From contig SKNY01000004.1 in the NCBI GenBank assembly GCA_007123105.1, positions 1 through 55,615 on the forward strand: a stretch of 55,615 bases of DNA, in the 5' to 3' direction. Numbering within the stretch: the first letter of the stretch is position 1; each line of letters opens with the position of its first letter. A program made the position numbers and the translations under genes. Shown piece after piece: positions 37,471 through 49,872 of the stretch. The notes below the pieces were generated by a model, which ran no database searches, was not told the origin of the DNA, and saw nothing but the letters and a program-made list of their open reading frames with translations. This DNA comes from Salinarchaeum sp. GTDB lineage: Archaea; Halobacteriota; Halobacteria; Halobacteriales; SKNY01.

Positions 37471-39438
37471 CTAGTCGTCCGCGGGCGTATCGGCCTTCCC
37501 GGCTTGCTGTTTGGTGTACGGCAGCTTCCCACCCGCAGCCACGAGCCGACGTTCACGGTCGGACGCGTCAAGCACAACTTCGGCCTCCCAGTCGTCGTTC
37601 ACGCGCAGCGTGAACGTCTCTGCACCGTCGCGAATTGTCGGCCCCACATCATCGACGATCGCCAGCTCGTCACCCTGTTCGATACGGTCATACGTATCCT
37701 CGTCGATCCGGAACGGGACTAACCCGAAATTAAATAGATTTGCCTTGTGGATTCGGGCGAAACTCTTCGCGAAGACGGCTTCGACGCCGAGATACATTGG
37801 ACAGAGGGCTGCGTGTTCGCGCGAGGATCCCTGTCCATAGTTCTCACCGGCGACGAGCACTCCACCGCCCGCCGCCTTTGCGCGGTCGGGGAAGCTGCTA
37901 TCGATCCGGGTGAGCGTGAATTCTGCGTACCGCGGAATGTTCGACCGAAACATCAGCGCGTCGGCGTTCGCCGGGGTGATGTGATCCGTGGTGACGTTAT
38001 CGCCCATCTTGAGTAGATTCTCTCCCCGTAGTTCCTCGGCGAGCGGTTCCTGGAGGGGGACTTCGGAGATATTTGGTCCCTTGATGAGTTCATCGTCGAC
38101 GGGATCGTCCGGCGAAATGATATCGGCTGTCGAGCCGGTGTACCGCTCGGGTAACTCGATGCCAGGGTCCTCAAGACCATCGAGTTCCTCGGCGAGGTCG
38201 CGCGGGTCGACGATCTCACCGGTGATGGCTGCGGCCGTAGCGACCTCGGGACTGCTGAGATAGACCGAGTCGCCATCGATACCGGATCGACCTTCGAAGT
38301 TCCGGTTGAAGGTCCGAACCGAAACCGAATCCGAGGCCGGAACGTGACCGATACCGATACATGCACCACAGGTCGCCTCCGAGAAGTTCACCCCGGCCGC
38401 CATGAGCTCGGCCGTCCAGCCGTGTCGAGCGAGCATTTCGGACGCCTGTTTGGAGGCGGGTGCGATGATCATCTCGGTTGTTTTGTTGATTTCGCGGCCC
38501 TCGAGCATCTTTGCCGCCGGCAAGATGTCCTCGTAGGCACCGTTCGTACACGAGCCGATAATCACTTGATCGACTGGCGTCCCGGCTACCTCCCGGACCG
38601 GCACCACGTTGTCGGGCATCGACGGGACCGCGATGAGGGGTTCGATCGTCGAGAGATCGATGACGATCTCGTCGTCGTATTCGGCATCGTCGGCGGGTTG
38701 GAGCTCCTCGTAGACCTCCTCGCGGCCGAGTCGGCGCAGGAAATCCTCGGTGTGTTCATCGGTCGGGAAGATGGAGGTGGTCGCACCGAGCTCGGTCCCC
38801 ATGTTCGTAATGGTCGTTCGTTCGGGGACGCTGAGGGTCGCGACACCGGGTCCGGTATACTCGAATACCTTGCCAACGCCACCCTTTACCGAGAGCCGGC
38901 GGAGCATCTCGAGGATGACGTCTTTGGCGGTCGTCCACGGGCCGAGTTCGCCCTCGAGCCGGACGTTGACGACTTTGGGCATGTCAAAGTAGTAGGGGCC
39001 ACCGCCCATCGCGACGGCGACGTCGAGGCCACCCGCCCCGATCGCAAACTCCCCGAGGCCACCCGGGGTCGGCGTGTGGGAGTCGGCACCGAGCATGGTT
39101 CGTCCGGGAGCGGCAAAGTGCTCCTTGTGTACTTGGTGGCAGATGCCGTTACCGGGGCGCGAAAAGTAAGCACCGAAGGTCCCGGCGGCGCTGCGAAGGA
39201 ACCGGTGGTCGTCGGTGTTTTTATAGTCGAACTGATATGTCTGATGGTCACAGTATTGGGCCGCCAGTTCGAGCTGGACTTCGTCGAGATCGAGGGCTTC
39301 GAACTGCAGCCAGACCATAGTACCGGTCGTATCCTGAGAAAGTACCTGGTCGATCTCGATCCCGATCTCCTCGCCCGGATCAAGCGATCCCTCAACGAGG
39401 TGATCGCCGAGAATCTGCTCGGTGAGCGTCCCTGACAT
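37471..39438 (-). CDS. Aconitase-family hydratase, about 655 aa, single-chain short type (Aquifex-type putative aconitate hydratase)
   Basis: GADSHTPTPGG, IGSCTNG and the Fe-S Cys context ATCGACIG. Swivel domain GENYGQGSSREHAA. The start is set at MSGTLTEQ (39438). Confidence 0.85.
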   Translation of the reverse strand: MSGTLTEQILGDHLVEGSLDPGEEIGIEIDQVLSQDTTGTMVWLQFEALDLDEVQLELAAQYCDHQTYQFDYKNTDDHRFLRSAAGTFGAYFSRPGNGICHQVHKEHFAAPGRTMLGADSHTPTPGGLGEFAIGAGGLDVAVAMGGGPYYFDMPKVVNVRLEGELGPWTTAKDVILEMLRRLSVKGGVGKVFEYTGPGVATLSVPERTTITNMGTELGATTSIFPTDEHTEDFLRRLGREEVYEELQPADDAEYDDEIVIDLSTIEPLIAVPSMPDNVVPVREVAGTPVDQVIIGSCTNGAYEDILPAAKMLEGREINKTTEMIIAPASKQASEMLARHGWTAELMAAGVNFSEATCGACIGIGHVPASDSVSVRTFNRNFEGRSGIDGDSVYLSSPEVATAAAITGEIVDPRDLAEELDGLEDPGIELPERYTGSTADIISPDDPVDDELIKGPNISEVPLQEPLAEELRGENLLKMGDNVTTDHITPANADALMFRSNIPRYAEFTLTRIDSSFPDRAKAAGGGVLVAGENYGQGSSREHAALCPMYLGVEAVFAKSFARIHKANLFNFGLVPFRIDEDTYDRIEQGDELAIVDDVGPTIRDGAETFTLRVNDDWEAEVVLDASDRERRLVAAGGKLPYTKQQAGKADTPADD

Positions 39439-39462
39439 GGATACACATTCAGTGAGCCACGG

Positions 39463-39468
39463 GTATAA
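39463..39468 (-). promoter_or_regulatory. TATA-like box (TTTATA on the minus strand) 25-30 nt upstream of the 39438 start; would give a leaderless transcript
   Basis: Read directly in the 81-nt divergent intergenic region. Confidence 0.3.
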
Positions 39469-39519
39469 ATCCGACGAGGATATCGACGCGTTTTCCATGG
39501 GGGGTAGAATAGATCCACC

Positions 39520-42231
<2,712 letters not shown>

Positions 42232-42297
42232 GAAGTTCACCGGCGTGATCGCCGACCACCTCAGAAAGGTATCGTTAACCGAGCGGGTCGATTCCGC

Positions 42298-42780
42298 TTG
42301 CGTATGTTTCAGTCCGGCCAGTTCGTGGCCGAGCACGTAACGCCGGTCGAACCGATCCAGGTGCAACCAAACGGAGTCGATCTTACGGTCGCCCGGGTGG
42401 AAGAGCCAATTGACGCCGGCCGTATCGGCATCGACGACAAATCGATTGGCGACCGTCAAGAAGTCCCACCGAGTGAAGTGACCGACGAGACGGCCGTCTA
42501 CTACCTCCCGCCCGGGGCATACGTCATCCGATACGGTGAGACCGTTGCTGTCCCCGACGGACATGTCGGCTTCATCTACCCTCGCTCGAGTCTCCTAAGA
42601 AACGGTTGTATGCTCCATACGGCCGTCTGGGACGCGGGATATCGCGGGGCGGGAGCCGGGCTGTTAACGGTCCATCACGACGTCGAACTCGAACGTGATG
42701 CCAGGATCGGGCAGTTCGTACTGGCCCGTGCCAATCACGAAACGAGCTACGAGGGGTCATATCAGGGTGAGTCGTCCTGA
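42298..42780 (+). CDS. dut: dCTP deaminase/dUTPase-superfamily protein (haloarchaeal dUTPase-like)
   Basis: GFIYPRSSLLRNG and GYRGAGAGLL motifs. Length is about 160 aa. Confidence 0.7.
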   Translation: MRMFQSGQFVAEHVTPVEPIQVQPNGVDLTVARVEEPIDAGRIGIDDKSIGDRQEVPPSEVTDETAVYYLPPGAYVIRYGETVAVPDGHVGFIYPRSSLLRNGCMLHTAVWDAGYRGAGAGLLTVHHDVELERDARIGQFVLARANHETSYEGSYQGESS

Positions 42781-43382
42781 TCGGCATCGAGCCAGGCTTC
42801 GATGTCGTCGGCGAACGCCCCTCGGCGGTGAACGATCCCGTGGTCGACGTCGACGACGGTGCTTGCGCCACCCGGTGTTTCACCGTCGTCAAGAACGACC
42901 GCTGCATTCTCCACTACCGATCGATGAATCGCACTAACCGTCCGAGCTGCTGGGTGACCGCTCCGATTCGCCGAGGTTGCCGTGAGCGGGGGCGTCCGGT
43001 GCAGTAGCGACCGTGCGAGTACGTGATCGGGCACCCGGATGCCGACGCGATCACCGCCGGCTGTAAGCGCGTCCGGGAGTGACGGCTGTCGTTCGACCAC
43101 GACAGTCACCGGCCCGGGTAGAAACGCGTCCATGAACCGTTGTGCCCGGGACGATGGTCGAGCGACGGACTGGACGTGCTCGACGGCCGATACGGCAACG
43201 GAAAGTGGCTTATGACGTGACCGAGCTTTCATCGAGAACACGTGCTCGACGGCCGATGGGTCCGTCGCATCAGCGCCGAGTCCGTAGACAGTTTCGGTCG
43301 GGTACACGATGGCTTCGCCTGCAGCGACAGCGGCGGCTGCCTCAGCGAGTTGTGCATCCAGATCAATCGGCCGCTCAGTCAC
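42762..43382 (-). CDS. L-threonylcarbamoyladenylate synthase (Sua5/YrdC/TsaC family, short form)
   Basis: IVYPTETVYGLGADATD, KARSRHKPLSV, LPGPVTVVV and TATSANRSGHP. I prefer the GTG start at 43382 (8-nt overlap with the upstream stop) over the ORF-track start at 43466. Confidence 0.8.
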   Translation of the reverse strand: MTERPIDLDAQLAEAAAAVAAGEAIVYPTETVYGLGADATDPSAVEHVFSMKARSRHKPLSVAVSAVEHVQSVARPSSRAQRFMDAFLPGPVTVVVERQPSLPDALTAGGDRVGIRVPDHVLARSLLHRTPPLTATSANRSGHPAARTVSAIHRSVVENAAVVLDDGETPGGASTVVDVDHGIVHRRGAFADDIEAWLDADQDDSP

Positions 43383-44151
43383 GTTCTTCTTGCTCCGTGG
43401 GTGGACCGCGGGGGTCTTCGAGGCGCTCGGTCTCTGGCTCTGCCGTGGTGCGTTCGAGTTCGGCATCCGCGACCTCGAGTCCCTCGGCCGCTGCGGCGGC
43501 CGATACGTCTTTCTCTGCGTCGACGTGCCAACGGTCGATCCGCTCGTCGAGTTTCGTCAATTCTTCGGACACCCTTGCCTTGAGCTCGTCGCCGTTGATG
43601 TTGACCTCGAAGACGAACCGTTCCCCGTCTCCGTTACCGCCAGCACGGGTGATATTGGCGCTGATCAATCCGTTATCGAAGTAGTAGGGCGCCAGCTGTG
43701 TCATCACCTTCTGATAGACGGTATGCTCGACGCGACGGAGCATCTTTCGCCCGGCCGAGTCCGCTGCTCGTGTGACGTAATCGACCGAATTGTGCCACTT
43801 GTCGATGGCGGCGTCGGTATCCTCCTCGAGATCCTCGTAGGACTCGGTAAGCCGTTGGCCGGCCGTCCGAAGATCCTCGTTCGGCGATTTTCCTTTCCGT
43901 TCCCCCGCCCCCTTGGCAACGCTCGCCTGATCGGCAGTTTTTTCGCTGACGTCCGTCTCGATGTGTTCGGTTGATTTCGGACGCCATGCCTCCCAGTCAT
44001 CGAAATCCTCTCCCTCGACACCACATTCTCGGAGGGCCCGACTGATGCGTTCGCCATGTTCGACCACGTCGGCCCACGTCCCCGTCGTTTTGAATCCCGC
44101 GACACCTTCCTTCATGGTTGGATCAATCGGTCCATCGGACCGGTGATACAC
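43375..44151 (-). CDS. Acidic conserved hypothetical protein (DUF5828-like, from memory)
   Basis: Clean acidic ORF. The segment VYQKVMTQLAPYYFDNGLISANI resembles a haloarchaea-specific family I recall. An alternative start is at 44115. Confidence 0.55.
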   Translation of the reverse strand: MYHRSDGPIDPTMKEGVAGFKTTGTWADVVEHGERISRALRECGVEGEDFDDWEAWRPKSTEHIETDVSEKTADQASVAKGAGERKGKSPNEDLRTAGQRLTESYEDLEEDTDAAIDKWHNSVDYVTRAADSAGRKMLRRVEHTVYQKVMTQLAPYYFDNGLISANITRAGGNGDGERFVFEVNINGDELKARVSEELTKLDERIDRWHVDAEKDVSAAAAAEGLEVADAELERTTAEPETERLEDPRGPPTEQEERD

Positions 44152-44235
44152 CCGATATGTGCCCGCATTGGGTCAGTGGACACTTGGGGCGTACGCCGGG
44201 TTATACGTTTCTCCTTTTCCCGGCGAATCGATGGT

Positions 44236-44832
44236 CTAGAAGGAGGTGTTAACCTCGAGCCCTTCGGTAGCATCGGCGAGTCCGTCGTCGGTCACCGCAT
44301 CCGAAAGCTGTTCCTCGACGTCTCCATCGGCGAGGAGTTCGTCGAACTCGTCGCGGAACCGGTAGTTCGTCCGGCGCATTTCTCGTTCGGCTTCGATCAC
44401 GGTCATGGCTCGTTCGGCTTGCTCATGCTCCAGATCGAACGACGATCGGATATCCGCGGGGGATGCACCTTCTGCGACGGCACGTCGAATCTCTTCGAAC
44501 GGAACGGGGAACTCCCGATCGTGATCCATCACGAGGTGGAGATCGAATCGTGCGCGAAGGATCTCTTCGGCAGAGACATCGAAGGCAACAGCGAGTTCAT
44601 TGTCCGACTCGTCCTCGTATACCCGTTGGGCAAGTTCGACTAGCGTCTCATCATCGAGGGCAGAAGCAAAGTCGTAGTGGGCTCGCATCCGGTCGATTAG
44701 ATCGGTGAGCCGCTCGTCGACCGACGCCGAACCGGTCAATGTCCCGGGCGATTCCTCTTGTCGTTCGGTGACGGTCGCGTCGTCCGCGACATCGATGAAG
44801 ATGTCACGAAGCGAAGCTGTTTTGTCGTCCAT
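44236..44832 (-). CDS. Acidic protein resembling conditioned-medium-induced protein 4 (Cmi4) of Haloferax
   Basis: The N-terminus MDDKTASLRDIFIDVADDATVTERQEE matches the family pattern from memory. The start is set at 44832. Confidence 0.5.
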   Translation of the reverse strand: MDDKTASLRDIFIDVADDATVTERQEESPGTLTGSASVDERLTDLIDRMRAHYDFASALDDETLVELAQRVYEDESDNELAVAFDVSAEEILRARFDLHLVMDHDREFPVPFEEIRRAVAEGASPADIRSSFDLEHEQAERAMTVIEAEREMRRTNYRFRDEFDELLADGDVEEQLSDAVTDDGLADATEGLEVNTSF

Positions 44833-44917
44833 ACGTGTTCGCGCACGTCGTCGAGCCGGCACGAGTAAAAGCCTGTTGACCTGGCCGTCGTGTGGCTGGC
44901 GTCCACACGCATCGTCC

Positions 44918-44945
44918 GTAAACCAAAGAACTATCTCGGGTTTAC
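44918..44945. promoter_or_regulatory. 7-bp inverted repeat GTAAACC-n14-GGTTTAC at -41 to -14 of the bioY ATG; candidate operator
   Basis: Read directly. The arms bracket an A/T-containing spacer where a TATA box for a short-leader transcript would sit. Confidence 0.25.
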
Positions 44946-44958
44946 GAAAAGTACCGGT

Positions 44959-45549
44959 ATGAGTGAACACCAGCACGTAGAGCTCGTCGCCGATCGTACG
45001 GTCGACCGGCTCGTTCGAGTCGCACTGTTTGCCGCGTTGTTGGGCGTGCTCTCGTACGTTGCATTCCCGTATCCGCTATCGCCAGCCCCAGTCACGTTGC
45101 AGGTGCTCGGGGTGTTTCTGGCGGGAATTTTCCTCGGCCCGATCTGGGGAGCCATCGCGGTCGTGGTCTACCTGGTCGCCGGCGCCATCGGATTACCAGT
45201 GTTCTCGATGGGCCAATCCGGCATCGGCGTGTTGTTGAGCGAACGCGTTGGCTTTCTCGTGTCGTTCCCGATCGCAGCTGCGATGACCGGTGCGATCGTC
45301 CACGGTGGTCGCTCGCTGGTAGATCCGACGACCGTGAGCACACTTCGTCTAGTCCTCGGCATGACGCTCGCGACGGGAGTCATCTATCTGCTCGGGCTGA
45401 TCGGATTCATGATCGTGCTTTCCATGGGACCGGTCGAGGCGTTCGTCGTCGCCGGACTTGTCTTCTTGCCGGCAGAGGTTGCCAAAATGGCCGGTGCGAT
45501 CGCAATCGTCCGGTCGGCCAGGCTGCCGCGGTCGCTCATCGATCGGTGA
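44959..45549 (+). CDS. bioY: Biotin transporter S-component BioY
   Basis: PVTLQVLGVFLAGIFLGPIWGA...AGAIGLPVF is BioY-like, and ECF A and T genes follow. The start is set at MSEHQH. Confidence 0.85.
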   Translation: MSEHQHVELVADRTVDRLVRVALFAALLGVLSYVAFPYPLSPAPVTLQVLGVFLAGIFLGPIWGAIAVVVYLVAGAIGLPVFSMGQSGIGVLLSERVGFLVSFPIAAAMTGAIVHGGRSLVDPTTVSTLRLVLGMTLATGVIYLLGLIGFMIVLSMGPVEAFVVAGLVFLPAEVAKMAGAIAIVRSARLPRSLIDR

Positions 45550-46262
45550 TGCTTCGCGTCGAGGGGGTGAGCTACCGCATCGACGGTACAACTGTCCTCG
45601 AGGAAATCGATGTAGCGGTCGAATCCGGGACGTTTGTGCTGCTGGTCGGCCACAACGGGGCCGGCAAGACGACACTGCTCGATCTCATTTGCGGAATCGG
45701 AACGCCAACTACCGGTCGCATCCTCGTGGACGGGCACGATGTCGTCACCAATCCGGGCCCCGCCCGCTCCCGCATCGGACGAGTGTTCGAAGATCCGCGC
45801 GATCAGCTCCTGGGTGCGACCGTCCGTGAGGACGTCGCGTTCGGGCCCGAAAATCTCGGGCTCTCGCGGGACGTGATTACCAATCGTGTTGACGACGCAC
45901 TCTCAGCCGTCGGGATGGGCGACGCAGGTGACCGGCCGATCGATTCGCTGTCCGGCGGCGAACGAACCAGGGTTGCGATCGCCGGTGCACTCGCTATGGA
46001 ACCCTCGATCCTGCTGCTCGACGAGCCGACGGCCGGACTCGATCACCCGGGACGCACACGAGTGCTCGAACACGTTCGTCGGGCATATGAAGGCGGTGTG
46101 GGCGTCGTCATGGCGACCCACGATCTTCGTGATCTCGACACCGTCACCGATCGTGTAATCGGACTCGAAGCCGGCCGAATCGCGATGGACGCCTCGCCCA
46201 TCACTGCGGTCGACCACCTTGCTGACCTCGGAGTGCGTGTGCCGTCGACCTGGTCACCATGA
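45546..46262 (+). CDS. ECF transporter ATPase (EcfA/CbiO/BioM)
   Basis: Walker A GHNGAGKTT, signature LSGGERTRVAIAGAL, Walker B LLLDEPTAGLD. The start overlaps the bioY stop. Confidence 0.9.
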   Translation: MMLRVEGVSYRIDGTTVLEEIDVAVESGTFVLLVGHNGAGKTTLLDLICGIGTPTTGRILVDGHDVVTNPGPARSRIGRVFEDPRDQLLGATVREDVAFGPENLGLSRDVITNRVDDALSAVGMGDAGDRPIDSLSGGERTRVAIAGALAMEPSILLLDEPTAGLDHPGRTRVLEHVRRAYEGGVGVVMATHDLRDLDTVTDRVIGLEAGRIAMDASPITAVDHLADLGVRVPSTWSP

Positions 46263-46975
46263 GCGTCGCGTATCGGCCGGGGGAAACGGTGTTTCACCGA
46301 CTCGATCCACGAACGAAGTTGTGGTGTCAGGTCGCGATCGTTGCCGCCGCATACGCCTACACGGACCCGCTTCCGCTTGTGGGGTTAACGATCGCGGTGC
46401 TTGTGGCACTGTCCGTCCTCGACCTCTCGCCGTGGCGCATCCTCGCCACGATGCGACCCGTCATCGTCCTCCTTACGATTGCCACCGTGGTCGCGGGCGT
46501 CCGGATCGGCTCACCGTGGTTCTCCCTGGCCGACGCGAGTGAAACTGGCATCGCAGCCTACCGGGTATTGCTGGTGATCGTGGTGGGGTTCGTATACGTT
46601 CACACCACCCCGACGAGAGCGTCACAGGCGGCCCTCCAGTGGCTCGTTCCCGGGCGTATCGGCCGAGGCCTGGCGGTTTCGGTTGGACTTGTCGGCCGGT
46701 TTCTCCCCCGTTTCCAGACGACAGCTCGACGCATCCGGGACGCAATGGCCATTCGTGGCGGCGACCGAATGTCCCTCCATCGTCGGATCGCCGTGTTCGG
46801 CATCGTCGTCCTTGCAGCCGCCGTCCGGGACGCAGACCGGACGAGCGTAGCCATGCGGACCAGGTGTTTATCCTGGAACCCCACATTGCCATCACTGTCG
46901 TTCGGCCGGCTCGATTACCTCGCGATTGTGCTCGGGCTCGGGCTGTGTTTCCTCGCGATCAGGTCACTGTTGTAG
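46259..46975 (+). CDS. ECF transporter transmembrane component (EcfT/CbiQ/BioN)
   Basis: Multi-TM, 238 aa, with overlapping start. The ARRIRDAMAIRG segment resembles the conserved T-component coupling helix. Confidence 0.8.
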   Translation: MSVAYRPGETVFHRLDPRTKLWCQVAIVAAAYAYTDPLPLVGLTIAVLVALSVLDLSPWRILATMRPVIVLLTIATVVAGVRIGSPWFSLADASETGIAAYRVLLVIVVGFVYVHTTPTRASQAALQWLVPGRIGRGLAVSVGLVGRFLPRFQTTARRIRDAMAIRGGDRMSLHRRIAVFGIVVLAAAVRDADRTSVAMRTRCLSWNPTLPSLSFGRLDYLAIVLGLGLCFLAIRSLL

Positions 46976-47417
46976 CATCCGGCCGATTGATGGGAGACCA
47001 CCAGTCGGTGAGAAAAACCACACAGATGACGGCCGCGACGACGTGCATCCCCATGAGAACGACGACGGCACCGAGTGTTGCGGTAGGGTCCCAGCGCAAC
47101 ACGGCCAAGTCGGGCAAGAAGGAGAGCAACAGCGCCACGGCCGCAACCCGGGCGAACAACCAATCCGGGTCAGTCACCGCTCGGGTAATGGCGCCATACA
47201 CCGTCGTTGCAGCCAGCGCTCCGAGCACACTAAGTGCCACAACTGGGGGTGGCCGCAAGGCACCAAACGGGTCGACAACCCCCGACTGCAGCACCACGAG
47301 AAGGAGCAGGTAATTGGCCGTCGCCGTGGCGACCATGGCCACCGCCCCCCGCACGGCGAGCGTCCGCAACGGCAACGGCCCCGTGTCGTCCATGTCGATA
47401 TCCAGTACTGACCGCAC
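46959..47417 (-). CDS. Small four-TM membrane protein, function unknown
   Basis: Hydrophobic ORF convergent with ecfT. No family motif recognised with confidence. Confidence 0.5.
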   Translation of the reverse strand: MRSVLDIDMDDTGPLPLRTLAVRGAVAMVATATANYLLLLVVLQSGVVDPFGALRPPPVVALSVLGALAATTVYGAITRAVTDPDWLFARVAAVALLLSFLPDLAVLRWDPTATLGAVVVLMGMHVVAAVICVVFLTDWWSPINRPDATTVT

Positions 47418-47472
47418 ATTGAACGTACCGGAGGGGTGAATCGATCAGGTTTTCCCGCGGGCAGGGCCGGCT

Positions 47473-48474
47473 TTGGACATGCGACCGGAACGTCCACGCA
47501 GGTTACGACGGGACGCGATTCGACCCCTCGTGGCCGAGACATCGCTTTCCCCGACCGATTTCATTGCACCTCTGTTCGTGGATGCGACAGCCACAGCTCC
47601 GCGCCCAATTCCATCGATGCCCGGACACGAGCGGCTGTCACTGGACGCGGTAGTGGAACGTGCCCACGAGCTCGAGGAGGCTGGAGTACGCGGCGTGATC
47701 GTCTTCGGTATTCCCGACCGGAAAGACGCGGACGGTTCGCGTGCGTGGGCCGACGATGGCATCGTCCAGCGGGCTGTCCGACATCTCGATGAGCGGACGG
47801 ATCTGACGATCATCACGGACGTTTGTCTCTGTGAGTATACAGAACATGGCCACTGTGGGGTCCTCGCACACGATGCGCGGAAGGCCACCGGTAGTATGAC
47901 TGTCGAGAATGATGCCACGTTGGCCGCACTCGCACGGACGGCAGGTTCACATGCTGATGCCGGCGCGGATATCGTTGCACCGAGTGCAATGATGGACGGC
48001 CAAGTCGGTGCCATCCGAACGGCACTCGACGACGCCGGTCACGAAGATATCGCGATTCTCAGCTATGCGGTCAAATACGAAAGTGCCTACTACGGACCGT
48101 TTCGGGAAGCGGCCGACGGCGCGCCGGCGTTCGGGGATCGACGCCACTACCAGATGGATCCGCACAACCGCCGCGAAGCCCGCCGGGAGGTCGAACTCGA
48201 CATCGATGAGGGCGCCGACATGGTGATGGTCAAACCGGCGATGACCTACCTGGACATCGTCAGGGACATCCGCGAGACGGTGTCGGTCCCGGTTGCTGCT
48301 TATCACGTCAGCGGGGAATATGCAATGTTGGTCGCAGCCGACGAACGGGGCTGGCTGGACCGGGAGGCGACTGCCATGGAGGCAGCGGTGAGTATGAAAC
48401 GGGCGGGGGCAGACTTGATTATCACCTACTTCGCCAAGGAGCTTGCCCAGCGGCTGTCGGGTCGATCTCGGTAG
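47473..48474 (+). CDS. hemB: Porphobilinogen synthase (delta-aminolevulinate dehydratase)
   Basis: [24 protein letters not shown], and the active-site Lys context [13 protein letters not shown]. Confidence 0.9.
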   Translation: MDMRPERPRRLRRDAIRPLVAETSLSPTDFIAPLFVDATATAPRPIPSMPGHERLSLDAVVERAHELEEAGVRGVIVFGIPDRKDADGSRAWADDGIVQRAVRHLDERTDLTIITDVCLCEYTEHGHCGVLAHDARKATGSMTVENDATLAALARTAGSHADAGADIVAPSAMMDGQVGAIRTALDDAGHEDIAILSYAVKYESAYYGPFREAADGAPAFGDRRHYQMDPHNRREARREVELDIDEGADMVMVKPAMTYLDIVRDIRETVSVPVAAYHVSGEYAMLVAADERGWLDREATAMEAAVSMKRAGADLIITYFAKELAQRLSGRSR

Positions 48475-48506
48475 GTCTTAGGCCCGGGCACCGTGAGCGG
48501 ATAACC

Positions 48507-49832
48507 ATGGACCACCAACGCTCGCGGGCACTCTACGATCGGGCACTGTCGGTGTTCCCGGGAGGGGTCAACTCGCCGGTCCGGGCAGTCAGACCGTATC
48601 CCGTGTTTGTCGACCGTGGCGATGGCGCCCACGTCGTCGATGTCGATGGCAACCGGTTTCTCGATTACGTCATGGGATATGGACCGCTGTTGTTGGGACA
48701 TTCGCTACCCGAAGAAGTTCAGGAGGCGATTGCCGCACAAGTTGCCGAAGGGGCGATGTACGGCGCGCCGGCGCGTCCCGGTCTGGAACTCGCCGAGTTT
48801 ATCGTCGAGCACGTCGATTCCGTCGAGAAGCTCAGATTCGTCAACAGCGGGACGGAGGCAACTACCACGGCGGTGCGGCTCGCACGCGGCTATACCGGCA
48901 GGGACAAACTCGTGTTGATTGACAGCGGCTATCACGGGGCGTTAGATCCCGCGCTCGCCGATGACGGTGCCCCTGGTTCGCCGGGGATCACGGTTGGTGC
49001 GACAGCCGATACGATCACGATCCCATTCAATGATCCCGACGCGGCAGAGCGTGTCTTCGACCGCCACGGTGAGTCTATCGCTGCCGTGATGGTCGAACCG
49101 TTACTCGGCAACAAAGGATGTCTGGATCCGGTCCCGGGATACCTCCAGACGCTACGCTCGCTGACGGAGACGTACAACGCGCTGTTGGTCTTCGATGAAG
49201 TCATGACGGGCTTTCGAATCGGCGGGCTCGGCTGCGCCCAATCGGTTTTCGACGTCAAGCCGGACCTGACGACGTTTGCGAAGGTAATCGGTGGTGGGTT
49301 TCCCGTCGGGGCAGTCGGTGGATCCGCCCGAATCATGGATCAGTTAACGCCGACAGGGTCGGTATTTCACGCAAGCACCTACGCCGCCCACCCGGTGGGC
49401 ATGGTGGCCGGACTCGAGATGCTCCGGTACGCCAACGAAAACGATGTCTATGAGCGGCTCACAACGCTCGGCGATCAGCTCAGGGGAGCGATAGCGGACG
49501 TCCTCGCCGATACGCGACCGGAATATACGGTCGTCGGCCGTGATAGCATGTTCAAGGTCGTGTTCACCGACGCGGAGTCGGCCGCACCCGCGGCGGGGTG
49601 CCAGGCGGGATGCCGGCACGATCCACAGTGTGCCCGCTACGGAACCTGTCCCCGTGACGGGCGCGACATCGACGCGGCAAACGGCGAGCGCTGGGAGCGG
49701 TTGTTCTGGCAGTCGATGAAGGAACATGGAGTACTCTTGACAGCAAACCAGGACGAATCCCAGTTCCTCAGCGCAGCCCACACCAAAGCGGACATCGAGA
49801 AGACGATCGAAGCGTACAAACACGCGCTCTGA
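48507..49832 (+). CDS. hemL: Glutamate-1-semialdehyde 2,1-aminomutase
   Basis: SRALYDRALSVFPGGVNSPVRA and the PLP Lys in TTFAKVIGGGFP. It contains a Cys-x3-Cys-x5-Cys-x5-Cys insert. Confidence 0.9.
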   Translation: MDHQRSRALYDRALSVFPGGVNSPVRAVRPYPVFVDRGDGAHVVDVDGNRFLDYVMGYGPLLLGHSLPEEVQEAIAAQVAEGAMYGAPARPGLELAEFIVEHVDSVEKLRFVNSGTEATTTAVRLARGYTGRDKLVLIDSGYHGALDPALADDGAPGSPGITVGATADTITIPFNDPDAAERVFDRHGESIAAVMVEPLLGNKGCLDPVPGYLQTLRSLTETYNALLVFDEVMTGFRIGGLGCAQSVFDVKPDLTTFAKVIGGGFPVGAVGGSARIMDQLTPTGSVFHASTYAAHPVGMVAGLEMLRYANENDVYERLTTLGDQLRGAIADVLADTRPEYTVVGRDSMFKVVFTDAESAAPAAGCQAGCRHDPQCARYGTCPRDGRDIDAANGERWERLFWQSMKEHGVLLTANQDESQFLSAAHTKADIEKTIEAYKHAL

Positions 49833-49872
49833 TGACGAAGCTGGTTTGAAGGGGGACCACCCACGGGAGATT

